NCBI GenBank assembly: GCA_965371155.1
Contig: CBDUXL010000003.1
Span: 1-40,473 of the forward strand
DNA from: an uncultured bacterium
GTDB taxonomy: Bacteria > JAJVIF01 > JAPKYR01
Direction of reading: 5' to 3'
Length of the DNA stretch: 40,473 bases
This document shows, in pieces, positions 1-10,039 of the stretch. The notes under the pieces are model-generated. The model ran no database searches and was not told where the DNA came from. It saw only the letters and a list, made by a program, of their open reading frames with translations. Position numbers and translations under genes: made by a program. Every line of letters begins with the position of its first letter. Positions within the stretch are counted from its first letter, which is position 1.

Positions 1-157
1 ATAGAGACTGCCAACCTCTTCCTATTTTTTGGCGAAAGTCGAGGTCCCCGCTCGCATCTTTCCCAACACCGCACCCGTGCGAGCGGGACGCTCGCGGTCC
101 AAGGATGGAAAACGGAATTGGGAAGCGACGCCCGGTGATGGTAGAATCGAGTGTCGA

Positions 158-931
158 ATGAGCGCGATGGGATCAAAACCTGGGCGGACTCTGGTTGCGC
201 TGATCGTGCTGGCCCTCATATCATCGGTTGCCCTTGCTGATGAGAAGACTGCCTCAGCAGCGCCCGCCGGTCTGGATCGGGAAGCGGTGGAGGACACTCT
301 TTCCGGCTTGCTGGCAACCGGCATGTATGATTACGATGAGTCCGATCTGGAGAATCCCACCTGGATGGTGTGGTTTCGCGATCGCATCAGGCGTCTCGAT
401 GAAATGTGGGAAAACAGCCCGTTGCCTCGCGCCGGTGCGGGAGTCTATTCGGTTTTCGGAGTGGTGCTGGCCGCCGTATTCCTGGGCTCAGCGTTGGCCA
501 TGCTGCTGTCACGGATATTCGGAGGCGGAAGACCGCGGCTGGGAATCCAGGTTGCGGGAGAGGGGGGAAATGAGCAGGGCGTGTTCGCAGGCTGGAGTGA
601 GGGCGGCGCACGAGACGCACTTGACCTTGCCTCAGCCGGAAAGCTCAGGGAAGCTTCAAGCATCCTGTTTGGGTCGCTGCTCGGGAGTCTGAATGATTCC
701 GGCTGGATACGGTATCGAAAAGGCCGACCATCGCGCGCGTATCTTCGTCAACTGAGACGGAGCGACTTGCTGTATCCGCTCTTCAGGGATTTCTTGTGGA
801 GATTCGAGCTTGCGTACTATCGTAAGGGTGAACCCAGCGGCGACGACTGGGAGTTCTTGTATGATTCATATAGGAACCTTGCGAACACCACAAGAAAAGT
901 CCGTCCGCCCGTCTACATGCGGCAGACGTGA
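158..931 (+). CDS. DUF4129-domain membrane protein
   Basis: Signal-like N-terminus, one TM helix, and C-terminal 'G..REA...L...L..GWI.....R.YLRQL.....F...FE..YY' pattern typical of DUF4129. Start moved from the ORF-track TTG at 29 to ATG 158, which follows TGGTAGAAT (extended -10). Confidence 0.65.
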   Translation: MSAMGSKPGRTLVALIVLALISSVALADEKTASAAPAGLDREAVEDTLSGLLATGMYDYDESDLENPTWMVWFRDRIRRLDEMWENSPLPRAGAGVYSVFGVVLAAVFLGSALAMLLSRIFGGGRPRLGIQVAGEGGNEQGVFAGWSEGGARDALDLASAGKLREASSILFGSLLGSLNDSGWIRYRKGRPSRAYLRQLRRSDLLYPLFRDFLWRFELAYYRKGEPSGDDWEFLYDSYRNLANTTRKVRPPVYMRQT

Positions 932-948
932 CCCGAAAAAGCCAAAGA

Positions 949-1641
949 TCAACCACCGCTCTTCTTCGCCATCCTCAGGAATTTGTGCGCCTTCGAGGAA
1001 ATCGGCTTTTTCAACAATAGCCATTTCTCGGGGCCGTCCGATCCGCGAGCACTAACCTCCTTCTCCACGAGATACCCCCGGTGCTCGTAAACGGGCAGCA
1101 CCCCGTCATCCTCTCTCAGCCATGCGGTCATCCAGTCTTTTCCCTGCGCGCGAGTCCAGAACGCCCCATGCATCAGGAGAAGCGTTCCGCGACCCTCGCC
1201 CCTGCTTCCCTTCAGAAGCGCGACAAGCGCCTGGTGAGCTTCATCCGGAGCCGGTTCGTGAACGAGCAAAGGCAGTAAACCTGCATCCTCCACCTTGTCC
1301 ATGACATCAAGCGTCCCCGCAGCCGCCCGCGCAATCGGCGATCCGTTGAGCCTGCGGGTTTCGACCGTTTCGAGGTCGATCATGCCGATCACCTTATCGC
1401 CTTCATGCATCACCCAGGTGCAGTCATAACGAAGTCGCGAGCGGATCACCCTGAGAATGATCTCCTGAACATCCTCCTTGCCGTAGCCCACGGTCGGTCC
1501 GAAAAGCTTGTCGAGAAGCCCTGCAGCGAGAAAAGCAACCTGAGATAGGTCGTTTGGCAGCGCCGGACGGCATTGGATGTCGAGTATGTCCTCGTCATCG
1601 CCGAATGGGTCGGGTGGGCGTTTTTGTGTATCCGGGGTCAT
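949..1641 (-). CDS. GNAT family N-acetyltransferase
   Basis: Acetyl-CoA motif A-like 'SRGEGRGTLLL' and C-terminal 'VYEHRGY'. Confidence 0.7.
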   Translation of the reverse strand: MTPDTQKRPPDPFGDDEDILDIQCRPALPNDLSQVAFLAAGLLDKLFGPTVGYGKEDVQEIILRVIRSRLRYDCTWVMHEGDKVIGMIDLETVETRRLNGSPIARAAAGTLDVMDKVEDAGLLPLLVHEPAPDEAHQALVALLKGSRGEGRGTLLLMHGAFWTRAQGKDWMTAWLREDDGVLPVYEHRGYLVEKEVSARGSDGPEKWLLLKKPISSKAHKFLRMAKKSGG

Positions 1642-1829
1642 TCCTGGTCGCTCTCTGAATCTGTAACGCTATCTGAGGAATTCTCGGCTTGATCTCCGAT
1701 TTCAGCGCCGCCGAAGAGCGCTTCACGCAAGGGCCGGTCGGAGACTTCAAATAGCCCGAGCTGTTTCGGCTCATTCACCGGAAGCACCTTTCGAATCGCG
1801 TTCCGTCTCTTGTCTTTGCGGTCCTGCAT
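1638..1829 (-). CDS. small hypothetical protein
   Basis: 63 aa ORF filling the gap between co-oriented genes; its stop overlaps the GNAT start (ATGA). Confidence 0.5.
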   Translation of the reverse strand: MQDRKDKRRNAIRKVLPVNEPKQLGLFEVSDRPLREALFGGAEIGDQAENSSDSVTDSESDQE

Positions 1830-1850
1830 TGGATGAACTCCCGTACAAGT

Positions 1851-2753
1851 TTAATCTGTATCACGCTCAGCCACAATGACTTGCCACTCGCGATTCTCAA
1901 GTCCTTTCTCGCCGGTGAGGGAATCGCACTCCGAAAGAAACTTCAGTCCACAGGCGGAGAGCAGAAGGGCAAGGTCCTCGTTTCGGTAGCCCTGGTAACT
2001 GACTCCGTACTCGCGCACGTGGTTGGTTGCGATATCAACCACGTAATATCGCCGACAGGCGGTGCATCGGTCAGGATCGTAGAAGTACTCGTTGAGCGAG
2101 AGGTATGGACGGTCACCGAACAACCCGCCCTCCTCCCTGGTTTCCCACATCGTGCCGATCCGCCGCTCCATCGCCTCGGGCGGCGAAAACTCCAGTATCA
2201 AAACGCCGCCGGGGTTGAGCGCCTCCCTGATCCTGAGCAGAATTATCGAAAATTCTTCCCACTTAAAGGCGTTCGGTTCGCCGTAGATGAAAAGCACTGC
2301 GTCGTAACCTGAGCCAAACGCAGCATCGCGGATATCCTGCTGAACGAAAGTCGCCTGCAAACCTTCATCTTTGGCGGTCTTCCTCGCGTATTCTATCGCC
2401 GAGGGCGCGATGTCGATTCCCCGCACGATATAGCCTCTACGGGCAAGATCGTTTGCCCATAGGCCCGGGCCGCACGTGAGGTCCAGGACGGTTTTCGCGC
2501 CCCGAGGCTGAAGTAACTTGCCGACAATCCACGCCAGTTGCCCGGCATAAACAGACGGCCTGCGACTTGCCGCGTCGTGCGATTCGTCTAGGTGCTCGTT
2601 GAGCATGCGCTTGGAGAACTCAGGATCGCCCCAGGGAAGGTTATGGACATCAACCCACGGTTTTGGGTCGGGCTTGCGATTCGGCAGGTCAGTCAAGTGC
2701 CTGACCGCCTCGGTTCGCTCTGCCGAAGTTTGGATTTCTTCTGTGGATTTCAT
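1851..2753 (-). CDS. class I SAM-dependent methyltransferase
   Basis: Motif I 'VLDLTCGPG', post-I 'GIDIA', 'QQDIR', 'LNPGGVLILE'. Confidence 0.9.
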   Translation of the reverse strand: MKSTEEIQTSAERTEAVRHLTDLPNRKPDPKPWVDVHNLPWGDPEFSKRMLNEHLDESHDAASRRPSVYAGQLAWIVGKLLQPRGAKTVLDLTCGPGLWANDLARRGYIVRGIDIAPSAIEYARKTAKDEGLQATFVQQDIRDAAFGSGYDAVLFIYGEPNAFKWEEFSIILLRIREALNPGGVLILEFSPPEAMERRIGTMWETREEGGLFGDRPYLSLNEYFYDPDRCTACRRYYVVDIATNHVREYGVSYQGYRNEDLALLLSACGLKFLSECDSLTGEKGLENREWQVIVAERDTD

Positions 2754-2787
2754 CTCATTTTTTCAACGACGAGGCTATTCAATTACA

Positions 2788-4044
2788 TCATAGCGATGCA
2801 AGAACGCTCTCAACCTCCTCCACCGACTCACTGAAGCTCTTTGTCAATCGATCTATATCTGCACGCTCGATTCCAAGCGGAGGCTCCACTCTGAGGACTT
2901 TAGGATCATTCAATGCGAACGCGACCAGAATCTTCCTTGCGGCCAATGAAGATATCATAAGTCCGCCGATATCGCTGTCGGTGAACTCCACGCCGATGAA
3001 ACATCCGATTCCCCTGACCTCAACAATGATACCAGGATGCTGCTCGCGAATCTCCGAAAGAGCCTTGAGCAGAATCTCACCCGCTTTGGTGGCTTTTTCG
3101 GGAAGGTTTTCCTTTTCAACGACCTCGATTGTCGCCAGCGCCGCTGCACAAGCGAGCGGATTTCCGCCGAAAGTCGACGAATGGATGAGCGGGTCATCCT
3201 CGAAAACCTGCCAGACAGACGGTGTGCCGATAATCGCGCCAATCGGCATGACCCCGCCGCCAAGGGCCTTCGCAAGCGTCATGATGTCCGGCTCTATTCC
3301 CCAATGATCGCACGCGAACATCCTCCCGGTCCGACCCATACCTGTCTGCACCTCATCGACAATCAGCAACACATCATTCTCTCTGCAAATTTCCTGCACA
3401 CGCAGAAGGTACATTGGGTCAGGAACATGAATGCCGCCCTCGCCCTGCATCGGCTCGACCACGAAACACGCTGTATCGTTGTCAATTGCAGCACCGAGCG
3501 CGTCTGCATCGTCGAAAGGAATCCTTTTCGCACCGGGAATAAGCGGCTTGAACGGCTCCTGGAACGCATCGCGACCGATAACCGACAGACTTCCCAAAGT
3601 CTTTCCATGAAACGCGCGCTCGGTGTAAATGATTCCGTGTTTCTTGGTCTTCACACGCGCGATTTTCAGCGCGCCCTCGATCGCCTCGGTGCCCGAGTTG
3701 CAGATGAATGAGTACTGCAAGCGTCCGGGCGAGATCTCCGCGAGTTTCTTTGCGAGTCGGGCGTATGGTTCGTTCAACAGGACCTTGCTCGAAAGCGGCA
3801 TCTTCTCAACCTGGACCTTCACGGCCGCGATCACCTTTGGATGAGCGTGTCCCAGGGAGAAGACCCCGAATCCACCGAGGCAGTCGAGAAAGTCATTGCC
3901 GAGGTTATCGTAGACGTACGATCCCCTCGCGTGATCTTCGATCACGTCGTAACCCATAAACGCAATAAGACGCATCAGGGACGGGTTCACATGTTTCATG
4001 TAAAGGTCTTTGATTTCTTCATTCAGAGCTTGTGCGTCGGTCAT
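2788..4044 (-). CDS. patA: class III PLP aminotransferase, putrescine aminotransferase-like
   Basis: 'FLDCLGGFG', 'CNSGTE', 'DEVQTGMGRTG', PLP-lysine motif 'AKALGGGVMPIGA' and 'TFGGNPLAC' closely match PatA-type enzymes. Class III is secure; the substrate is inferred. Confidence 0.75.
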   Translation of the reverse strand: MTDAQALNEEIKDLYMKHVNPSLMRLIAFMGYDVIEDHARGSYVYDNLGNDFLDCLGGFGVFSLGHAHPKVIAAVKVQVEKMPLSSKVLLNEPYARLAKKLAEISPGRLQYSFICNSGTEAIEGALKIARVKTKKHGIIYTERAFHGKTLGSLSVIGRDAFQEPFKPLIPGAKRIPFDDADALGAAIDNDTACFVVEPMQGEGGIHVPDPMYLLRVQEICRENDVLLIVDEVQTGMGRTGRMFACDHWGIEPDIMTLAKALGGGVMPIGAIIGTPSVWQVFEDDPLIHSSTFGGNPLACAAALATIEVVEKENLPEKATKAGEILLKALSEIREQHPGIIVEVRGIGCFIGVEFTDSDIGGLMISSLAARKILVAFALNDPKVLRVEPPLGIERADIDRLTKSFSESVEEVESVLASL

Positions 4045-4090
4045 GATGTCTGTCCATGCGGGGCGCGTGTGCCACGGGCGCGTGTGTTAT

Positions 4091-4242
4091 GGGCGCACAG
4101 CCGTGCGCCCCTACAATGAATTTCGTTTGTGCGCAAGGTAATCAACGTTCTGCAAAATCCTCGTAGGGGTGCACGGCTTGCGGCCACCGTATATCGCACC
4201 CTCGTAGGGGCGCACGGCTGTGCGCCCAACGGCTGTGCGCCC
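4091..4242. repeat. GTAG-family REP cluster (REPIN-like inverted pair)
   Basis: The 24-bp GTAGGGGCGCACGGCTGTGCGCCC at 4204-4227 has an exact inverted copy at 4091-4114 (89-bp spacer); degenerate copies lie at about 4163 and 4229-4242. Confidence 0.85.
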
Positions 4243-4264
4243 GAAATCGTCTAATCATAGCGTG

Positions 4265-4287
4265 AGTATAGCGCATTTCGCTATACT
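4265..4287. promoter_or_regulatory. palindromic divergent -10 elements (TATACT on both strands)
   Basis: AGTATAGCG-CATTT-CGCTATACT; the plus-strand TATACT ends 7 nt before ATG 4295. Confidence 0.55.
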
Positions 4288-4294
4288 TCCAGCC

Positions 4295-5320
4295 ATGCCG
4301 GCAAGATTGAAGTCATCGAAAGACCCGATATCCGTAGAGGCTACCCGGACAAATCGTCCCGAGGCGGTCCATTTCGTGCATGCTGTCTGCTGCGACGCGT
4401 CCGGGCTGGTTCTGGGGGCCTTTGGCGATACAGATCGCGAAACATATCTACGGTCAGGCGTGAAGCCTTTCCAGTTGCTGACCGCCCTCACATTCCGACC
4501 GCAGCTTCTGGACGAATGCTCAGATGAAGAGCTTGCCATAATGACATCGAGCCACTCCGGGGAGAGCGCGCATATCGAGACGGTACGGCGATTGCTGGCC
4601 CGGTACGGCCTCTTGGAAGATCTCCTGTTGTGCGGAACCCATCCACCCTACTATCCCCGGGCGATCTGGGAATACGGGCGCGATGAGATCGACATCACAT
4701 CCGTTCACTGCAACTGCTCCGGCAAACACGTGGCAATGCTGCTCGCGGTTCAGGCACAGGATTGGCCGGTGGAGACCTATCGGGAACCGGATCACCCCAT
4801 GCAGGAAGCCAATACGGCGAGGGTGGCTCGATACATCGGGCGGGAACCGGACACTATCGAGTACGGAGTTGACGGGTGCAGCGTTCCGACCTGGTGGGTC
4901 CCGATAAGAGACGCCGCGACATCGTTTGCGCGTTTCTGCTCTCCTGAGTGGACTGAGAACGAAACCGAAAAAAGAGCGATCGGACGGATTTTCGACGCAT
5001 TTCATCATGCCGCGTGGCAGACCGCGGGCACAACCCGGTTCGGAACGGCGTTCAACTTGGAAAGCGACGGGAAGTGGCTCGGAAAGATCGGCGGAGAGGG
5101 CATTTTCAGCGTGGCGTTTCGTGACAAGGGAATCGCGGTTGTGGTGAAGGTCCAGGATGGCAACAGTCGCGCGATCCCGCCGGCGTTGTTGTACGCAATG
5201 CGGTCGTGGAATCTGATAAGTGAGGACCAATTGGCGAGACTGTCGGAATGGGTTGAAGTCGAGAGGAGAAACTCACCGGGAATACCGATCGGGTTTATGC
5301 GGGTGGTTGGCGAGTCGTGA
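4295..5320 (+). CDS. L-asparaginase II family protein
   Basis: 'RSGVKPFQ', 'SHSGE', 'NCSGKH', 'DGCSVP' and 'KIGGEG' are hallmark motifs of the Rhizobium etli-type (class 3) asparaginases. Start reassigned to ATG 4295. Confidence 0.85.
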   Translation: MPARLKSSKDPISVEATRTNRPEAVHFVHAVCCDASGLVLGAFGDTDRETYLRSGVKPFQLLTALTFRPQLLDECSDEELAIMTSSHSGESAHIETVRRLLARYGLLEDLLLCGTHPPYYPRAIWEYGRDEIDITSVHCNCSGKHVAMLLAVQAQDWPVETYREPDHPMQEANTARVARYIGREPDTIEYGVDGCSVPTWWVPIRDAATSFARFCSPEWTENETEKRAIGRIFDAFHHAAWQTAGTTRFGTAFNLESDGKWLGKIGGEGIFSVAFRDKGIAVVVKVQDGNSRAIPPALLYAMRSWNLISEDQLARLSEWVEVERRNSPGIPIGFMRVVGES

Positions 5321-5379
5321 ATTAGGAAACCCACTTCAAGATGTGGGCCACCGAGTTAACATACATATCAGTACTTCCC

Positions 5380-7644
5380 TTATTGAGCGGCGTATCCCAA
5401 CGCCCTCAACTGCTCGAGCGTTATCGGGTCGTGCTCGACTCGAGTCACTTCGGATGCATACCCCCTGACTCCCCAGATATAACACGCCGCGGGAAGCTTC
5501 TCCAGTGCCTGGGGGAGGTCCGGGCCCAGCGGGAAATCATCGATTTGGACGGTGGCGCTTCCTGAAGGCTCCGGGATCCTCAAGCCGTACGGAAAGAACC
5601 GCATTGGATCGATCGCACCATTTACCCGGACAGTCGCCTCGAGCGTCTCAGCGTCCTCAGCAGGGATTATCAGGAGATGCCTGTATAATCCCAGGTTGTC
5701 ATTTCTGCTTGACAGGTCGAACGTAAGCGTTTCCCCCTCTATCGCGAAATGATCGTCCCGAGCCAGAAGAAAATCCTGCACGCTCTCGATTCCGCCGGGA
5801 ACTCTCAGTGTACCCGTGAACCTTCGTGGCGTCTCGTTGTGGCTGACCGTGATCCAGACGTGGAAAGCCGTTTGGTCGGGAAGCATGGTCCCTGCGATAG
5901 CCTCCGCAAGCCGCATTGTCACATCCGTGTTTAACTCCCTGACATCCGCCGTCTCGCCGGGGTCGGCGTCCAGATCATAAAGCTGCGCCTGTCCCATCAC
6001 ATAGTCCAGAACGCACTTATACGGCCACTCAACGACAAACTTCTTGTGCGTACCCCTCGTGTTGCCCTCTCCGAAAACGAACCCGATATCGGTAACATTC
6101 CCGGATACAACATCCTGCAGCGGAACCCCCTGAAGGCCCTCGGGAATCGGATAACCGACGTAGCGAAGCACCGTCGGAACCAGGTCTGTATTACCCACAG
6201 ATGCGTCGATCGCTTCTCCGGCAGGGAAACCGTCGCCTCGGATTATCAACGGCATCCATACAAGCTCGTCATACTGCGTGTGACCGTGCTCGAAACCGCC
6301 ATGCTCGAAAAACTCCTCGCCATGATCCGACGCGAAAATCACAAGTGTCGTTTCCGCAAGCCCGTTGACTTCCAGGAACTCGAACAGGTCTTTCAACGCC
6401 GCATCGACATTGGCCACTTCAGCATCGTACAGGTTCTTCACCTGCCGGATTTCATTCTCGGGAGGCGGCGTTTCGAGCGACTTCCATCGATCGATTGCGT
6501 TGAAGAAGTTCCCGTACGGACCTTCGATTGCCGGGTCGCCCAGACGGTCGATCAACTCTCTCGGCGGATGGAAAGGAGCATGGGGGTCCATGAGGTGCAG
6601 GAAGCAGAACCAGTCGCGGCCCATCGAGCGGGAGATGAAATCATATGCCCTGTGAACGGCAACCTGCGCGGGAGGGTCGTTACGGAACCACAGCGCGTCC
6701 ATGCCCTGCTCGAAACCCGACTGCTCATTTCCCAGCCAGGCGTTTGTGCACATGATTTCAGTCGCGTAACCGCACGGCCTCAGCAATTCGGCAAGCGTTG
6801 TCGCTCGATCCGGCAGGTGTCCGGTGTAGACAGTCGCGCCGATGGTCGACGGCAGTCGGCCGGTTATCATGCTTGCGAAGGAAGGAAGAGTCCAGGAACT
6901 CTGCGACCGGGCTTGCGTGAATACGGTTGCGGTTTCGCTGTAAGCCTCCAGGTTGGGAGTTACCTCCGGACGTCCGCCATAAATGGAGAGCGCATCCGCT
7001 CGGAGGGTATCCACACCGATAAAAAGGACATTGCGAAATCGTCGCTCGGGTGGGTGATAGATCGCCGGTTGCCCCCATAGCACTTCGACTTCGTCGGGAT
7101 TCCCTTGAAATCCCTCTGCGATGAAATATATCTCGCCTTCGCTTGGCGCGAATTGGTCGAGTGAAACATCCACCGCGAGCCAGCCCATGAAACACTGCAC
7201 AGTGTCGACTCCCGAGATCTCGAAAACGACCGGAGATGGTGGTTCTTCTCCGGGAGCCGGGGTGGGTGGATTGTCCGTGTGGTACTCGACACATGCCGTG
7301 AATGTCTCCGGCCTGTCCGATACCGCACCGATGCGGAATGACAGCCTCGCGCTTTCTCTCAGCCTGACCGGAAATCTGAGCACACCTTCCTGCGGGGCAA
7401 GCCAGCCCTCGACCGACTCCTCGTCAAGCCACATTCGGGTTGGTTCGGGGACGGGATCGCGAAGCTCGATTTCATCGCCGATCTTGGGCGTGACATAGAC
7501 CAACGGCACGGCGGGAAGCTGGGGTTCGGGCTCCTCTTCTATAACGTTCGTGCAGCCGATACAAAGAATGAGCACAAGCACGAAAAGCAGCGCAAATCTG
7601 CTTGACAAACAGGACGGAAATGTGGCCCTGATCTCGCGAAGCAT
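5380..7644 (-). CDS. sulfatase-fold (alkaline phosphatase superfamily) lipoprotein, paralog 1
   Basis: Lipobox-like 'CIGC', 'GVDTLRAD', 'SWTLPSFASMITG', 'SDHGEEF', C-terminal 'EQLRALGY'. Start ATG 7644 inferred. Confidence 0.85.
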   Translation of the reverse strand: MLREIRATFPSCLSSRFALLFVLVLILCIGCTNVIEEEPEPQLPAVPLVYVTPKIGDEIELRDPVPEPTRMWLDEESVEGWLAPQEGVLRFPVRLRESARLSFRIGAVSDRPETFTACVEYHTDNPPTPAPGEEPPSPVVFEISGVDTVQCFMGWLAVDVSLDQFAPSEGEIYFIAEGFQGNPDEVEVLWGQPAIYHPPERRFRNVLFIGVDTLRADALSIYGGRPEVTPNLEAYSETATVFTQARSQSSWTLPSFASMITGRLPSTIGATVYTGHLPDRATTLAELLRPCGYATEIMCTNAWLGNEQSGFEQGMDALWFRNDPPAQVAVHRAYDFISRSMGRDWFCFLHLMDPHAPFHPPRELIDRLGDPAIEGPYGNFFNAIDRWKSLETPPPENEIRQVKNLYDAEVANVDAALKDLFEFLEVNGLAETTLVIFASDHGEEFFEHGGFEHGHTQYDELVWMPLIIRGDGFPAGEAIDASVGNTDLVPTVLRYVGYPIPEGLQGVPLQDVVSGNVTDIGFVFGEGNTRGTHKKFVVEWPYKCVLDYVMGQAQLYDLDADPGETADVRELNTDVTMRLAEAIAGTMLPDQTAFHVWITVSHNETPRRFTGTLRVPGGIESVQDFLLARDDHFAIEGETLTFDLSSRNDNLGLYRHLLIIPAEDAETLEATVRVNGAIDPMRFFPYGLRIPEPSGSATVQIDDFPLGPDLPQALEKLPAACYIWGVRGYASEVTRVEHDPITLEQLRALGYAAQ

Positions 7645-7669
7645 GCTTACTGGTTGAATCGTAGTCCTT

Positions 7670-7682
7670 ATCAAGTATAACC
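7670..7682 (-). promoter_or_regulatory. duplicated promoter element GGTTATACTTGAT upstream of paralog 1
   Basis: Identical 13-mer containing TATACT also found at 10040-10052, upstream of paralog 2. Confidence 0.55.
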
Positions 7683-7722
7683 CAATCGACTGGTCGCCAG
7701 GCAACTCACTTACGGGATGAAA

Positions 7723-10002
7723 TCAACGATGTATCCAATCATTAAGGTACCCCAGGGCCCGCAACTGCTCTATCGTCTCAGTGTCCAGCTCCGCAGCGTC
7801 TTCCGTTTGATCGTGACCCCGAACGGCCCATATGTAACACGATGCGGGTAACGCCTCGAACGCGAGAGGCAAATTCAACCCAAGGGGAAAATCATCAATG
7901 GAAATCGTGGCCGAACCTGTCGGCTCGGGGGACCTGGTCCCGTAAGGGTAGAATCGGTCCGGTTGAACTCTGCCGTTCACACGGACCGACGCTTCGAGCG
8001 TATAGGCTCCTTCGGCAGGGAGAATCAGCAAATGTTTGTTCGGGCCGAGCTTTTCGATCGCGCTGGTGATGTCGAATGTAATCGTATCTCCCTCGACCAC
8101 ATACTCATCATGTTCTGTAAGTTGGAAAGGAAAGACCTTGATAATCCCACCCGGAACTCTGACTGTTCCCGTGAACCTGGCCGGAGCCTCACCGTAACCG
8201 CGAGTGATCCAAAGATGGAATGCTGTCTCCTCGGGAAGCATAGCCATGACAACCTCACCCGCCAACCTACTCACCAGGTCAACATGCTCTGCACTTATGT
8301 CGTTGAATTCCCCGGGATCGGTTTCGAGATTGTAGAGCCGGGCCTCGTTTTTGACGTAATCGACTATACACTTGTACGGCCACTCAATCGCGTACTTCCG
8401 GAACGTTCCTCGCGTGTTGCCCTCCCCGAATATCAGTCGATCCTCATCAACCTCACCAACCGCAACATCCTGTAGCGGCACTCCGACCAGACCATCGGTC
8501 ATGGCCAAATCGATGTAATCAAGGATCGACGGGAAGATGTCCGTGTTCCCAACAGGCGTGTCAATCCGGCTGCCGGGCGGGAAACCGGCTCCACCTACAA
8601 TTAGCGGCATCCAGATAAGTTCTTCGTAATGGGTGTGTCCATGCTCGAAACCACCGTGCTCGAAAAACTCCTCGCCATGATCGGAGGCGAAAATCACCAG
8701 GGTGTTCTCGGTGAGACCGATTCCATCCAGGTGCTCGAACAGATCGCCAAGCGCGGCATCCAGATTGGCAACCTCCGCATCGTATAATGCCCGGACATGC
8801 TTCACATCTTCGGGCGGCGGAACGAAATCCCCGGATTTCCACACCTCGTTGAAGCCGAATTCGTTACCGATCGGGCCTTCATAGGCAGGATCAGTGAATA
8901 GCTCGGCGAGCTCCTCGGAAGGGCTGTACGGGGAATGCGGGTCCATGAAATGAATGAAACAGAACCAATCGCGATCGCGAGAGCGATCGATAAACTCCAT
9001 TGCTTTGGTCACCGAAAGCTGCGCGACAGCATCCGTACGGAACCACAGGGCCTCAAAACCCTGGTGAAATCCTGACTGAGGGTTTCCCAGCCAGGCGTTC
9101 GAGCACACCGCGTATGTGGCATAGCCATTCAGCCGAAGGTGCTCTGCGATGGTCGTGGGCTGCGCGGGGAGGTGACCTGTATACAGCGTTGAGTTGATGG
9201 ACGATGGAAGCCTTCCCGTAAGCATACTTGCGAACGAAGGAAGGGTCCATGAGCATTGCGCCCTTGCCTGGGTAAAGACAGTCGCGGTCTCGCTTAATTT
9301 CTGGAGATTCGGGGTGAAGGCGGGGTCGGCCCCATACGGAGTGAGCGCATCGGCTCGAAGCGTGTCGACCCCTATGAGAAGGACATTCTTGAAACGACGT
9401 TCCGGCGGATGGTGGATTGTGGGGCGTCCCCAGAGTATCCGAATGCCGGGATTGCCCGCCAGATCGCCCTCGAGAATAAAAACAAGCTCTCCCTTGCCGA
9501 CTCCGCATCGCCTGAGCGAGACATCGACCTCATGCCACGCCGTGAACATGTCCTGGCTTGCCTCCGGCGTTGTCTGGTAGACGACGATCGGACCCTCTAT
9601 CTCGCCCTCCTCGGTCTGGATCGGCGTTTCGGGCAAGTATTCAATCCGTAGGCCCAAATCGCCGATGCGGATTGAGACGGTTGTTTCCGCGCCGATACAA
9701 GCGCTGAACCTCGCGCCCTCTCGAAGCTCGACAGGGAACCTCATCTTGCACTCGATCGGCATCAGCCGGCCCTCGACCGATTCCTCGGCGCGAACCATCC
9801 TTATCGTCTCCGGTGCGGGATCGCGAATCTCGGTTTCGTCGCCGATATACGGCTCTATCTGAAGCAACGAAATGGCTGCAGGAGGCGCCGGGGGAGGCTC
9901 TATCGTTGGATTACAGGCGACCGCAATCAACGGCAACACGGCAATCAGAGCCGCAAGAAGCCAAAATATCGATCTCAGATTCTTGCAGGAAGTGTGTTGC
10001 AT
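7723..10002 (-). CDS. sulfatase-fold lipoprotein, paralog 2
   Basis: Same motifs; lipobox-like 'AVAC'. Start reassigned to ATG 10002 because the longer ORF overlaps paralog 3. Confidence 0.85.
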   Translation of the reverse strand: MQHTSCKNLRSIFWLLAALIAVLPLIAVACNPTIEPPPAPPAAISLLQIEPYIGDETEIRDPAPETIRMVRAEESVEGRLMPIECKMRFPVELREGARFSACIGAETTVSIRIGDLGLRIEYLPETPIQTEEGEIEGPIVVYQTTPEASQDMFTAWHEVDVSLRRCGVGKGELVFILEGDLAGNPGIRILWGRPTIHHPPERRFKNVLLIGVDTLRADALTPYGADPAFTPNLQKLSETATVFTQARAQCSWTLPSFASMLTGRLPSSINSTLYTGHLPAQPTTIAEHLRLNGYATYAVCSNAWLGNPQSGFHQGFEALWFRTDAVAQLSVTKAMEFIDRSRDRDWFCFIHFMDPHSPYSPSEELAELFTDPAYEGPIGNEFGFNEVWKSGDFVPPPEDVKHVRALYDAEVANLDAALGDLFEHLDGIGLTENTLVIFASDHGEEFFEHGGFEHGHTHYEELIWMPLIVGGAGFPPGSRIDTPVGNTDIFPSILDYIDLAMTDGLVGVPLQDVAVGEVDEDRLIFGEGNTRGTFRKYAIEWPYKCIVDYVKNEARLYNLETDPGEFNDISAEHVDLVSRLAGEVVMAMLPEETAFHLWITRGYGEAPARFTGTVRVPGGIIKVFPFQLTEHDEYVVEGDTITFDITSAIEKLGPNKHLLILPAEGAYTLEASVRVNGRVQPDRFYPYGTRSPEPTGSATISIDDFPLGLNLPLAFEALPASCYIWAVRGHDQTEDAAELDTETIEQLRALGYLNDWIHR

Positions 10003-10039
10003 TTTACCGGGATATACTTCACATAGAATTGTTACTCTG

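Noticed and set aside
47-87. Inverted repeat CCCGCTCGCA...TGCGAGCGGG
   Set aside because: Long loop, no adjacent U-tract and upstream context cut by the window edge; function cannot be assigned.
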